Below are positions 18,970-27,655 of a DNA stretch of 64,000 nucleotides, in pieces. The first letter of the stretch is position 1. Each line of letters begins with the position of its first letter. A program made the position numbers and the translations under genes. Source of the stretch: Gemmatimonadota bacterium (GTDB lineage: Bacteria; Gemmatimonadota; Gemmatimonadetes; Gemmatimonadales; Gemmatimonadaceae); NCBI GenBank assembly GCA_003171215.1, contig PMYN01000016.1, positions 46,970 through 110,969 of the forward strand. Reading direction: 5' to 3'. The notes under the pieces were generated by a model, which was not told the DNA's origin, ran no database searches, and saw only the letters and a program-made list of their open reading frames with translations.

Positions 18970-21900
18970 AGGCGTGTCCGCCGCCGCCCGTTCGAGCGCC
19001 TCGCGCAGCGACGCGGGCGTGACCGGCTTCGAGACGTAGTCATCCATGCCGGCCGCCAGGCAGATTTCCCGGTCGCCCGGCATCGCGTTCGCCGTCGTCG
19101 CCACGATCCGCGCGTCGGCGTTCGGACCGCCACCGCGCCGGATCTGCCCAGTCGCCTCGAGTCCATCCATCCTGGGCATCTGAAGATCCATCAGGATGAG
19201 GTCGAAGGGACGCGTCATCGCCTCCGCAACGCCCGCGACCCCGTCGTGCGTCACCGTGACGTGGCAACCGAGCTTTTCGAGCATCTTGGTCGCCACCATC
19301 TGATTCACCGGATTGTCTTCGACGAGCAACACTTCGCGAGGGACGACATCGTCGTGCGCGGCGGTCGACGCCTCAGGCGCCACGACCCTGCACTGCGTCG
19401 CGGACAATCGTCCGGATTGCAGGAGGGAGTGCCGCGTGATCAACTGATCGGTGTCGCGCCATCCCGGCGGCCGCGCCAGCACCGCGTCGACGGCAGCTCT
19501 CACGAGCTCCGGAGTCAGCGGTTTCGACAGGCGGGCGTTGAAGCCGGCCCGACGGAATCGCTCGGCGTCGCCGCGCCGTCCCTGCGAAGCCGTCACGATG
19601 AGAGAGATCGGCACCAGCGACGCGTCCGCCCGAATCGCGCGCGCCAACCATTCGCCATCCATTCCCGGCATCACCGACTCCAACATTGCGGCGCGCACGG
19701 GGTCGCCGGCGCGCGACGCGCAGTGCAGCAGTTCGAGCGCGTCGACACCATTCGACACGACGTCCACGCGCATGCCCCAGTCCCGCATCCAACCCGACAG
19801 CACGCCGCGGCTCTCCGCGGATTCGTCCACGATCAGCGCGCGGACGCCGGCCAGCCGCACCGGCAGCGGCGCCGGGTCGTCGACCACGTTCGCCTTCGGC
19901 AAACAGACGGTAAACCAGAACGTGGAGCCGGATCCAAGCACGCTGTTCGCGCCAATCTCGCCGCCCATCAGCTCGACGAGCCGCTTGCAGATCGACAGGC
20001 CGAGACCCGTGCCACCGAAACGACGCGTAGTGCTCGAGTCCGCTTGAGTGAAGGGCTGGAAGAGCGCGCCCAACTGACTGCTCGAGATCCCGATGCCCGT
20101 GTCGGTGACGTCGACGCGATATCGGATCCCCTCCTCATTCGTGCTACCCGCCACCTCCACCCTCACCTCTCCCTCCTCGGTGAACTTGATCGCGTTGCCC
20201 ACGAGATTGATCAACACCTGCCGGATCCGGCTCGGATCGCCCACCACGCGCCGCGGCAAGTCACCAGGTGTGTTCACGACGAGGCTGATGCCTTGCATCT
20301 CTGCCTTCACCGCCAGCAGATCGGCCACGTCCTGGATCACGACCCGCAGGTCGAAGGGGATGGATTCGACCTGTAACCTCCCGACTTCGGCCTTTGAGAA
20401 ATCGAGGATGTCATTGATGATGACCAGCAGTGATTCCGCCGATCGGCGCGACGACTCGACATATACGCGCTGCTCGTCGGTAAGGGTTGTTTCCGCGAGC
20501 AAGCACGTCATGCCCAACACCCCATTCATCGGCGTGCGGATCTCGTGCGACATGATCGCCAGGAAGTTCGACTTCGCCTTTCCCGCGGACTCCGCTGCCT
20601 CCTTCGCGGCGATCAGCGCGGCTTCCGACGCCTTGCGGACTGTGATGTCTTCAATGAACGCCACATACTCGCCGCCTCCTGCGACATCGAACTGCGCGCT
20701 CACCGAGACGTCGAACGTGGTGCCATCCTTGCGCCGGTGTCGAGTCTCAAACCGCGCCTCAGCACCCTGCGCGATGCGTTGGTGCCGAGCCATGACGCAG
20801 GCCGGCGAGTCGACCGCGTTGAGGCTGGCGACATGGCGCCCAACCAGTTCGGGCGCAGAGAAGCCGCTCATCCGACAGTAGTTCGCGTTGACGTCGACGA
20901 TGTGACCACGGGTGTCCAACATCAGAAACCCGTCTATCGCGGTCTGGAGGATCGCGCGATAGCGCGCGGCGCTCTCGCGCAAGGCCTCGTTCGCCTCCTG
21001 CCGCTGATGCGTGACGGCGGCGAGCCCCTGCTCAAGACCCTTCTGGCGCGTGCGATACCAATGCGCGATGCCCGCGCCGGCGAGAAGGATGCCGAACAAC
21101 GTCGTGAGCAGAATCAGCGCGGCGTGCCCCTGCTCGCCGTCCAGAAACTCCGATTCGTTCAGCTGGACGACCACGAACCACGGCGTGCCGGGTACCGGAC
21201 GAAGATCGGCGAGCACGCGCACGCCATGCTGATCGAACGTGTCCATCGCCCCGGAATACCCGCGGAGCACGCGAGCTGCGGGAAAATCGGTGTGCGACAA
21301 GGGCGCGAAGGCCGAGCGCGCGAGGGGTCCCTCATTGTCGTTGATGAGTACGACCTGGGAGTCGACGCTCTGCACGAGTTGCGTCCGGCCGGTACGTGAC
21401 GCACCGGGCCACTGCCGAAACTGAGCAAACAGTCGGTCGTTCGCTCGGGCGCGCAGGAGGATCGCGCCCAGCGGCTTCCCGGAGGTGTCCCGAACGGCGA
21501 CAATCACATCTACCATCACGCCGTCGGGCGTGCGAAAGAAGTGCGACATCACGGGCCGCGCGGTCGTGAACGCTTCCTCGATGGCGCGCTGCGACGTGAC
21601 GCCGAGAGGGAACCGGAAACCGTTGACGACCGAGCGCATGTGTGCGTCCGTTCCCATCACCGCGCCATCCACGTAGCCGTTCGCGCGTATCGCGGAGGCC
21701 AGAATATCCCGCACGGAAATCGCGGCGGCGATGGAGGAGGCGTGATCGAGCCTCAGCATGGCCTCGCGGACGGGGCGCTGGCCCGCCAGCGCGGCCGCAT
21801 CGTTCAACCGATCCTCCCGCCAATCATCGGCCTGGCCCACGCGTAGCGCGGCGATGGTCGCAAGCGTCGCATGCTGCCTCTGGCGAGCCCGGACGAGTTC

Positions 21901-22092
21901 GACTCGATACATCGTCCAGCCACCAATCAGGATGGCCGAAGCGATGAGACCGAACATCGTCCCCCAAACGTAGCGGCGTCGCACCCTGACTAGGGCACGC
22001 CAGGCAGGGAGGGCGTCAGGCCGCACCGGAACTTTGCGGCCTCGCGACACCTCGTCGGTTGGTGGATCCGACGCCGATAAGAGAGAGTGCAT
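18934..22092 (-). CDS. hybrid sensor histidine kinase (periplasmic Cache-like sensor, TM, PAS, HisKA, HATPase_c, two receiver domains)
   Basis: H-box MSHEIRTPMNGVLGM. NLVGNAIKFT, DTGIGI, GGTGLGLSI. Receivers ALIVDESAESR... and VLLVEDNPVNQ...DLILMDLQMPRMDG...SKP. The 3' end overlaps the convergent gene by 36 nt. Confidence 0.9.
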   Translation of the reverse strand: MHSLLSASDPPTDEVSRGRKVPVRPDALPAWRALVRVRRRYVWGTMFGLIASAILIGGWTMYRVELVRARQRQHATLATIAALRVGQADDWREDRLNDAAALAGQRPVREAMLRLDHASSIAAAISVRDILASAIRANGYVDGAVMGTDAHMRSVVNGFRFPLGVTSQRAIEEAFTTARPVMSHFFRTPDGVMVDVIVAVRDTSGKPLGAILLRARANDRLFAQFRQWPGASRTGRTQLVQSVDSQVVLINDNEGPLARSAFAPLSHTDFPAARVLRGYSGAMDTFDQHGVRVLADLRPVPGTPWFVVVQLNESEFLDGEQGHAALILLTTLFGILLAGAGIAHWYRTRQKGLEQGLAAVTHQRQEANEALRESAARYRAILQTAIDGFLMLDTRGHIVDVNANYCRMSGFSAPELVGRHVASLNAVDSPACVMARHQRIAQGAEARFETRHRRKDGTTFDVSVSAQFDVAGGGEYVAFIEDITVRKASEAALIAAKEAAESAGKAKSNFLAIMSHEIRTPMNGVLGMTCLLAETTLTDEQRVYVESSRRSAESLLVIINDILDFSKAEVGRLQVESIPFDLRVVIQDVADLLAVKAEMQGISLVVNTPGDLPRRVVGDPSRIRQVLINLVGNAIKFTEEGEVRVEVAGSTNEEGIRYRVDVTDTGIGISSSQLGALFQPFTQADSSTTRRFGGTGLGLSICKRLVELMGGEIGANSVLGSGSTFWFTVCLPKANVVDDPAPLPVRLAGVRALIVDESAESRGVLSGWMRDWGMRVDVVSNGVDALELLHCASRAGDPVRAAMLESVMPGMDGEWLARAIRADASLVPISLIVTASQGRRGDAERFRRAGFNARLSKPLTPELVRAAVDAVLARPPGWRDTDQLITRHSLLQSGRLSATQCRVVAPEASTAAHDDVVPREVLLVEDNPVNQMVATKMLEKLGCHVTVTHDGVAGVAEAMTRPFDLILMDLQMPRMDGLEATGQIRRGGGPNADARIVATTANAMPGDREICLAAGMDDYVSKPVTPASLREALERAAADTPSRHAPQFAGVG

Positions 22093-22114
22093 AAGGCGAG
22101 TATCGGCATCTTCT

Positions 22115-22895
22115 TCAGCGACGCGAGCGATATCTCGACCGTTTCCGCCCTGTGTTTGGCATTCTGACGTCAGATATAGCTACGAACCCCCTGTCATCCG
22201 GATGCAACCGCGCGGCTACGTCCGCGCCGTTTCGCGAAAGTGCTCGCTCGCATAGCCGAGCATCGAGGCATATTCGGGGCTCACCGTCACACCGCCGCTG
22301 GCGAGATCGATATCGTAGAGTCCGACGTTGCCGGCCTTGAGGGCGAGGTGCAAGCGCTGGTCGCTCGCCCTCGAGGAACTCCGCCAGATCGACTTTCACG
22401 ACGAGAAACCAGGGCGAATCCGGTATGGCGCGGAGCTCTGCGAGCACCGGTACACGATGCTGATCCGTGCCGTCCCAGGCGCCCTGCTGCGAAAGCACGG
22501 CGCCCACGACCGGAGGATCGGACGAGCGTATGGACGAAAGAGGAGGTCGACCGCAGCGCATTGAGGCGCACGACATCCGAGCCGACCTGTTCAATGAGCA
22601 GTGTCTCCGCGCTGCGGCTTGGTGTAGGCCAGCGCTGCATCATCGGGAACAGTCCATCGCTGGCTCGCACGCGTAGCATCACCACGGCCATGGCCCGGCC
22701 GGCGGCGTTGCGGACGACGGCGGCCACGTCGACATGCACCCCACCAGACGTCCGGAAGAGACCCGAAATCTCCGCGGTTCCGTTCGTGACCGCACGCTGG
22801 GTCAACGGGTGCCGCACGCGGTCAGCGCGTTCCTCGAGAGAGCCGGCGAGCTGCGGGGATAGCGCCCGTTCTACGGTAATTATCGGCAGGTTTTT
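22115..22895 (-). pseudogene. frameshifted relic of a paralog of the adjacent kinase's sensor region (periplasmic domain plus start of a PAS domain)
   Basis: Three different minus-strand frames carry matching pieces. FRTSGGVHVDVAAVVRNAAGRAMAVVMLRVRASDGLFPMMQRWPTPSRS matches FRTPDGVMVDVIVAVRDTSGKPLGAILLRARANDRLFAQFRQWPGASRT. VPVLAELRAIPDSPWFLVVKVDLAEFLEGE matches VRVLADLRPVPGTPWFVVVQLNESEFLDGE. These are followed by LALKAGNVGLYDIDLASGGVTVSPEYASMLGY and, in another frame, RLHPDDRG. No TM segment or kinase core follows. Confidence 0.6.
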
Positions 22896-22998
22896 CCGGA
22901 ACTTGAGTGATTCCGTCGAAGTGTTACTCGACGAGCAGTTTCGGGTAGTATTCCGCCGGACCGCCGGCACAGACGCCGTGCGAGAACGCCGCGTGCGC

Positions 22999-23199
22999 TT
23001 ACTTCTGCAACGCCGGCGAGGGCGATCCGAGAGACGCTGAATCCATCGGTTCGCCGTCACCGAGCCGAATCGCCTCGAGGATCCGGTCGGGGTCCGTAGG
23101 GCGCTCGCGCGCGAGGATGTTGCGCAGTTCGCTGGCGATGAGTCGCAGTGACGCATCCGAGTCGTAGAGGATCTCGGCCATCGGTCGCGGGGTGGTCAT
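22999..23199 (-). CDS. small hypothetical protein, tightly coupled downstream of cheY
   Basis: 66-aa ORF. Its ATG lies 1 nt after the cheY stop (TGAcATG). G/C-rich third positions. No family recognised. Confidence 0.4.
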   Translation of the reverse strand: MTTPRPMAEILYDSDASLRLIASELRNILARERPTDPDRILEAIRLGDGEPMDSASLGSPSPALQK

Positions 23200-23200
23200 G

Positions 23201-23575
23201 TCACGCCGCCACGCTGGCGGTGACGAGGGCGTCGATCTTCTCCTTGAGCACTTGTGGAGTGAAGGGCTTCACAACGTAGTTGTTCACCCCCGACTCGAGC
23301 GCGGTGATGATGTCCTCGCGCAGCGATCGCGTGGTCATCATGAGGATCGGAACCGCCTTGCCATCATCGCGGGCGCGAATCGCGCGGGCGAAATCGACCC
23401 CCGCCATATTCGGCATATTCCAGTCGGTGATGATGAATCCGACGGACGAGTCGAACTTGTTCAGCGCTTCCCTCCCGTCCGACGCCTCCACCACGTCGGT
23501 GATGCCGATGCGCTGCAGGGAGTTGACGACGATGCGGCGCATGGTGGCCGAATCGTCGATGATCAGGAATTTCAT
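23201..23575 (-). CDS. cheY: chemotaxis response regulator CheY
   Basis: 124-aa single receiver domain: MKFLIIDDSATMRRIV ... FIITDWNMPNMAG ... MMTT ... YVVKPFTPQVL, the classical CheY signature. Confidence 0.9.
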   Translation of the reverse strand: MKFLIIDDSATMRRIVVNSLQRIGITDVVEASDGREALNKFDSSVGFIITDWNMPNMAGVDFARAIRARDDGKAVPILMMTTRSLREDIITALESGVNNYVVKPFTPQVLKEKIDALVTASVAA

Positions 23576-23614
23576 GGACTCGTTCCGGTCGCTGTGGTCG
23601 CCGTGGCCGTGTGG

Positions 23615-23908
23615 TCAGAGATCGCCGCTGGCGAGAATCTTCTTTGCCACCTGATCCACCACGTTCGAGCTGTCGTACGCGCCCTGGAGCACGTTCTGCC
23701 GGATCTGCGCGATGCGCTGCTCGGTCAGTGCCGAGTTCTTGGAGCGGGCGAGGCCCTCGGCGGAGATTTCGACACTGTCACGCGGCGCGGCCTGCGGCGG
23801 GCCGGATGCGGCGCCGGTCGCGGCGGAGCGATCGACATTGGAAGGATCTGCGACCGCGCGTGTGCTGCGCGGCGTGACGTCGCTCGAATACCCGTTATTG
23901 ATCTTCAT
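23615..23908 (-). CDS. flgM: anti-sigma-28 factor FlgM
   Basis: 97 aa with a disordered N-terminal half. C-terminus DSVEISAEG...RIAQIRQNVLQGAYDSSNVVDQVAKKIL matches the FlgM sigma-28-binding region. AGGAGG lies upstream. Confidence 0.75.
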   Translation of the reverse strand: MKINNGYSSDVTPRSTRAVADPSNVDRSAATGAASGPPQAAPRDSVEISAEGLARSKNSALTEQRIAQIRQNVLQGAYDSSNVVDQVAKKILASGDL

Positions 23909-23982
23909 GGCCGTGGTTCCTCCTGGTACGATTCAGTATCGGTCCGGGCGCCGCGAACTTTAGCGTGCTTGAGCTGATGCGC

Positions 23983-24342
23983 TCAGCGCTGGACGTCGAG
24001 CCGGGTTCCGGATGTGACACCGCGGGACGGCTTGCCGGGCACGGCGGGAGCCTCGTTGGCGATGGCGGAGCGGAGCGAGGCGGCCGCGTCGGCGGAGAGC
24101 CGCGCCATGCGGAAACGGGAGAGCTGCGCGGACGCCGCATGCCCTTCGACGGCCACGGCGGCCTTCGAGATCAGGTCGTCGACCTCGGTACCGTCGGCAG
24201 GCGCGGTCCCCGCAGTGTCCTCCGCCGCGGACGAGTCGGATTCGCCCGCGCCCGGGTCCGCGCCGTCCTTGAACGCGTCGAGTGAAGCGCTCACGAGGCC
24301 AGCCCAGCGAGGAGTCGGAACCGAGAAACGGGCAGGCGCCAT
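23983..24342 (-). CDS. hypothetical protein, second gene of the flgM-cheY operon
   Basis: 120-aa ORF from the ATG at 24342. Strong GC3. The start overlaps the stop of the small upstream ORF (TGATG). No family recognised. The longer 258-aa track ORF extends through the promoter region and is not credible. Confidence 0.45.
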   Translation of the reverse strand: MAPARFSVPTPRWAGLVSASLDAFKDGADPGAGESDSSAAEDTAGTAPADGTEVDDLISKAAVAVEGHAASAQLSRFRMARLSADAAASLRSAIANEAPAVPGKPSRGVTSGTRLDVQR

Positions 24343-24518
24343 CAGCGCACCAGCTTGAGAGGTGGCGGCAGCGGCACCACGTACGACTCGGCGATGGCCG
24401 CAACCTGGTCGAGGTGCACGGACTCGGCTCCCACGCGATCCCGGACGAGTTTGAGACGCGAGTGCAGGTCCCCGGTGAAGGCCTCCGGCCGCACCGACAG
24501 GTGATCGAGCGCTTTCAT
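24342..24518 (-). CDS. small hypothetical ORF (58 aa), possibly translated from a leaderless mRNA
   Basis: MKALDHLSVRPEAFTGDLHSRLKLVRDRVG... has very high GC3. The ATG lies 8 nt downstream of a sigma-28 -10 element. The stop overlaps the next start. Confidence 0.35.
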   Translation of the reverse strand: MKALDHLSVRPEAFTGDLHSRLKLVRDRVGAESVHLDQVAAIAESYVVPLPPPLKLVR

Positions 24519-24526
24519 ATGTATGG

Positions 24527-24553
24527 GTATCGGGGCCGGCCACCGAAACTTGA
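24527..24553 (-). promoter_or_regulatory. sigma-28 (FliA)-type promoter for the flgM-cheY operon
   Basis: The minus strand reads TCAAGTTT-N11-CCCGATAC, against the enterobacterial consensus TAAAGTTT-N11-GCCGATAA. Confidence 0.55.
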
Positions 24554-24561
24554 GTCTCCGG

Positions 24562-24588
24562 TTCAGTCCTCGTTCGACCATCCGATAG
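24562..24588 (+). promoter_or_regulatory. weaker sigma-28-like promoter candidate for flgL-fliW
   Basis: TTCAGTCC-N11-TCCGATAG. The -10 closely resembles the fliC and motA -10 elements, but the -35 matches only 5 of 8. Lies ~85 nt upstream of the flgL ATG. Confidence 0.3.
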
Positions 24589-24672
24589 TAAAGGAGAGGC
24601 CCCCGCGGCACTGGCACGCTTTCTGCACCTGCCACTCGCGTCAGGCTCGACGGCATCGACCGGGGGTACCGG

Positions 24673-25596
24673 ATGCGAATCAGCGACAGGATGAACACGA
24701 CGGCCACCATCACCAACTTCGCGCAGCTTCGCGATCAGGTGGACGCCGCCCAGACGCAAGTATCGTCGGGCCTGAGCTTTTCCGAGGCGTCGCAGAACCC
24801 CACGGCCGCCGCCGGCGTCATGCAGAACAACACCCAGCTGAACGCGCTGGCGCAGTATCAGAAGAATGCCGACACCGCGACCCGGCGCGTCAATCTCGAG
24901 GAGAGCGTGCTCGACCAGATGAACACGCTCCTCACGAATGCCCAGCAGCTCGCCATGTCACAGGCCACGGCGACGGCGACGCCGGCCACGATGCAGACTA
25001 CGGCGCAGCAGGTGAACCAGTTGCTCGCGCAGGCCGTGCAGCTCTCCAATACAAAGGATGGGAGCGAGTATCTGTTTGGCGGCACGAACTCGGGCACGGC
25101 GCCGTTCACGGTCAATACCTCGGAAGCCGCGTACACGTTTTCGGCCGCCAGCCCGCCCGCGAGTGGCGAGCGCCAGGTCGAGATCGCGCCCAGTCAGCTC
25201 ATTCCCACGAACCACGACGGGACCCAGGTATTCGGCACCGACGGCTCCCGCGGTGTTCCGGCGTCGGGAGCGCTGGCGTCATTGGCGAACCTCGCCGCGG
25301 CGCTGCAGAGCGGAAGCCAGGGCGCCGTCACCAACACGCTCACCGATCTCGACAATCAGCTCACCAACGTGCAGTCGCTGACGGGCCAGACCGGCGCCTG
25401 GGCCAACAGGTTGGAGATCACGGGCTCGAACATCACGGCGTTCACGAACCAGCTCACCACCAGCAATGCCACGTTGCAGGACGTCGACATCGAGACCGCG
25501 ATGACGAACCTCACCGGCCGCCAGACCGCTTATCAGGCCGCAATGGCGGCGACGTCGCGCGTCATGGGACTCTCCCTCGCCAACTACCTGACATGA
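24673..25596 (+). CDS. flgL: flagellar hook-filament junction protein FlgL (HAP3)
   Basis: N-terminus MRISDRMNTTATITNFAQLRDQVDAAQTQVSSG and C-terminus DIETAMTNLTGRQTAYQAAMAATSRVMGLSLANYL are flagellin-superfamily termini of the FlgL type. Confidence 0.85.
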   Translation: MRISDRMNTTATITNFAQLRDQVDAAQTQVSSGLSFSEASQNPTAAAGVMQNNTQLNALAQYQKNADTATRRVNLEESVLDQMNTLLTNAQQLAMSQATATATPATMQTTAQQVNQLLAQAVQLSNTKDGSEYLFGGTNSGTAPFTVNTSEAAYTFSAASPPASGERQVEIAPSQLIPTNHDGTQVFGTDGSRGVPASGALASLANLAAALQSGSQGAVTNTLTDLDNQLTNVQSLTGQTGAWANRLEITGSNITAFTNQLTTSNATLQDVDIETAMTNLTGRQTAYQAAMAATSRVMGLSLANYLT

Positions 25597-26069
25597 TGCC
25601 CGCCATCGCAGTCGAATCGCCCGCGTGCGCGCCCAGCAACGTCATGTCCCGTCTGTTCGGCCCGATCGACATCCACGAGGAGCAGCTCCTGGAGTTCCGC
25701 GACGGACTCCTCGGCTTCTCGCTCTGCAAGCGCTGGCTGCTCATCAATGGCAAGAAGCCGGGCACGGCGTGGTTGCAGTCGGCGGATCACGGCGCGCTGG
25801 CGTTCATGCTGATCGATCCATTCGTGGCGTTTGAGGGCTACACGGCGCACCTCGGGCCGGCGGAGATCGAACGGCTCGACGCGCAGGATCCGTCGCAGAT
25901 CGCGGTGTTCGCGATCGTGACGTTGCCGTCAGCGGACGCGCCCGAGGCGACGGCCAACCTCCGGGGGCCGGTCGTGATCAATGTGGGGGCGCGCGTTGGG
26001 GCACAGATCGTCGCGAGTGAGGGAACCTGGAGCGTGCGGCAGCCGATCCCGGCGACCGCGCTCGACTGA
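25593..26069 (+). CDS. fliW: flagellar assembly factor FliW (CsrA antagonist); the homology-preferred start is ATG 25644
   Basis: FGPIDIHEEQLLEFRDGLLGFS ... AFMLIDPF ... ATANLRGPVVIN aligns with the FliW family pattern. The ATG at 25593 overlaps the flgL stop. Confidence 0.85.
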   Translation: MMPAIAVESPACAPSNVMSRLFGPIDIHEEQLLEFRDGLLGFSLCKRWLLINGKKPGTAWLQSADHGALAFMLIDPFVAFEGYTAHLGPAEIERLDAQDPSQIAVFAIVTLPSADAPEATANLRGPVVINVGARVGAQIVASEGTWSVRQPIPATALD

Positions 26070-26320
26070 CGCAACGATGCCCGCCTCCCTCCTCCGCGGG
26101 CACTTCTTGCCTGCCGAACCCGGCGAATCATGCCGACCCGCTCGTGACGACTAGTGGCGACGCGTGGCCTCGCCGCAATGCGGCTCTTCTGCCAGCCGGC
26201 GGTGAAGGAATGGGTGCCGGCCATTTCGTCGGTTGCGTGCGTGCTCTCGGCTCTCGCGCTCGAGAGGTCGCCGGTGTGTGGTCGGCCATCCAGACCACGG
26301 CGCTCGGAAACCACATGCTC

Positions 26321-26352
26321 AACGCCAGCAACGTGCGCAACGTGCGCAACGA
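26321..26352. repeat. 9-bp direct repeat (aacgccagc aacgtgcgc aacgtgcgc aacga) just upstream of the fliC promoter
   Basis: Read directly. Two perfect copies are flanked by a degenerate copy and a partial copy. The repeat ends 12 nt before the -35 element. Confidence 0.8.
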
Positions 26353-26364
26353 ACTCGATGTCGC

Positions 26365-26391
26365 TAAAGTCTCCGCCCATCGCTCCGATAC
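26365..26391 (+). promoter_or_regulatory. sigma-28 (FliA) promoter of the flagellin gene
   Basis: TAAAGTCT-N11-TCCGATAC against the consensus TAAAGTTT-N11-GCCGATAA. Lies ~80 nt upstream of the fliC ATG. Confidence 0.7.
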
Positions 26392-26428
26392 TGAACCCTG
26401 AAGCCGCGACACCCACGCCGTGGCCGAT

Positions 26429-26464
26429 GAGGGAACGGAATCCCTCGTTCACTTACGCAAGGAG
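26429..26464 (+). promoter_or_regulatory. candidate CsrA binding sites in the fliC 5' leader: a GGA-loop hairpin plus a GGA overlapping the Shine-Dalgarno
   Basis: GAGGGA-acGGAa-TCCCTC forms a perfect 6-bp stem (26429-26446) with GGA in the loop. AAGGAG lies at 26459-26464, 6 nt before the ATG. Confidence 0.45.
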
Positions 26465-26470
26465 CGGGTC

Positions 26471-27619
26471 ATGGATATCAACACGAACGTGAGCGCGATG
26501 CGCGCCGCGGCAAACCTGAACAAGACGCAGAACGCGATCGCATCGTCCACGGCGAAACTGTCGTCGGGCTTCCGCATCAACTCGGCCGCCGACGACGCCG
26601 CGGGCCTCGGCATCGCCAACAAGCTGGATTCCGATGTGGGCGCGTATCAGCAGGCCTCGCGCAACGCGAGCCAGGCGAGCTCGATCTACAACATCGCCGA
26701 AGGCGCCGCGACGTCGATCCAGGGCATGCTCAACCAGATGAAACAGCTCGCAACCGAGGCAGCGTCCGACACGGTGGACTCCAATGGCCGCGCCGCGATC
26801 AACGCGGAGTTCACGCAGCTCCAGAGCGAAATCGACCGTACCGTCAACACCACAACGTTCCAGGGCAGCAAACTGATCAGCGGGGGTTTCGGAGCGACGG
26901 TGAACAAGACTGGGAGTTCGGCGCTCCTGGCAATCGCAGGTGTGGATGACGTGAAGCTCTCGGGCACCGCGGCTGGCACGTATTCGATTAGCGAGTCCGG
27001 TAACTCTGCCACGATGAGTAACACATCCAACGGGGTCACGACTACGCAAACCCAAACTGTCGTGCCCGGAGCCGGAAAGATCAGCTTCTCCCAGTTTGGC
27101 ATCACGATCGACACTGGAAGTGCCTCAACAGTCGATGCGTCTGGTGCTAAACGGGCGTTCGTCGACGCTGGGGCGGTGCTTGACAGCACGACGCTCGTGG
27201 TCGATGGTGGCTCAGCCACATTCCTCGTTGGCGCCTCGGGTCAGTACGCCACGAATGACACGTTGTCCCTCAACGGCGGCCAGCTTGACCTCAGCACCTC
27301 GACGCTCGGAATCGGTAGCTCGTCCGTCGACACGCTTGCAAACGCACAGGCGGCACTGACGGCCCTCGACAGCGCGATCACCTCGGTGAACAGCACGCTC
27401 GGCACCATCGGCGCCGGCCAGAACCGCCTGACCAACGCCATCAGCAACCTCAGCTCGACAGTCCAGAACTACCAGGCCGCCGAAGGCACCATCAAGGACG
27501 TCGACATGGCATCTGAAATGGTCAGCTTCTCGAAGAACCAGATCCTGGCGCAGGCGGGCACCGCGATGCTCGCCCAGGCGAACCAGGCCGGCTCAAGCGT
27601 CCTGAAGCTTCTCCAGTAA
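26471..27619 (+). CDS. fliC: flagellin
   Basis: MDINTNVSAMRAAANLNKTQNAIASSTAKLSSGFRINSAADDAAGLGIANKL at the N-terminus. GAGQNRLTNAISNL...DVDMASEMVSFSKNQILAQAGTAMLAQANQ at the C-terminus. Confidence 0.95.
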   Translation: MDINTNVSAMRAAANLNKTQNAIASSTAKLSSGFRINSAADDAAGLGIANKLDSDVGAYQQASRNASQASSIYNIAEGAATSIQGMLNQMKQLATEAASDTVDSNGRAAINAEFTQLQSEIDRTVNTTTFQGSKLISGGFGATVNKTGSSALLAIAGVDDVKLSGTAAGTYSISESGNSATMSNTSNGVTTTQTQTVVPGAGKISFSQFGITIDTGSASTVDASGAKRAFVDAGAVLDSTTLVVDGGSATFLVGASGQYATNDTLSLNGGQLDLSTSTLGIGSSSVDTLANAQAALTALDSAITSVNSTLGTIGAGQNRLTNAISNLSSTVQNYQAAEGTIKDVDMASEMVSFSKNQILAQAGTAMLAQANQAGSSVLKLLQ

Positions 27620-27655
27620 TCCTGGCGAACGCGGCAGGCGTAATGCAGGCAGCGT

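Noticed and set aside
24282-26069. 595-aa plus-strand ORF spanning the flgL region
   Set aside because: Only its last ~150 codons (from 25593/25644) are FliW. Upstream it runs out of frame through flgL and through the divergent promoter region.
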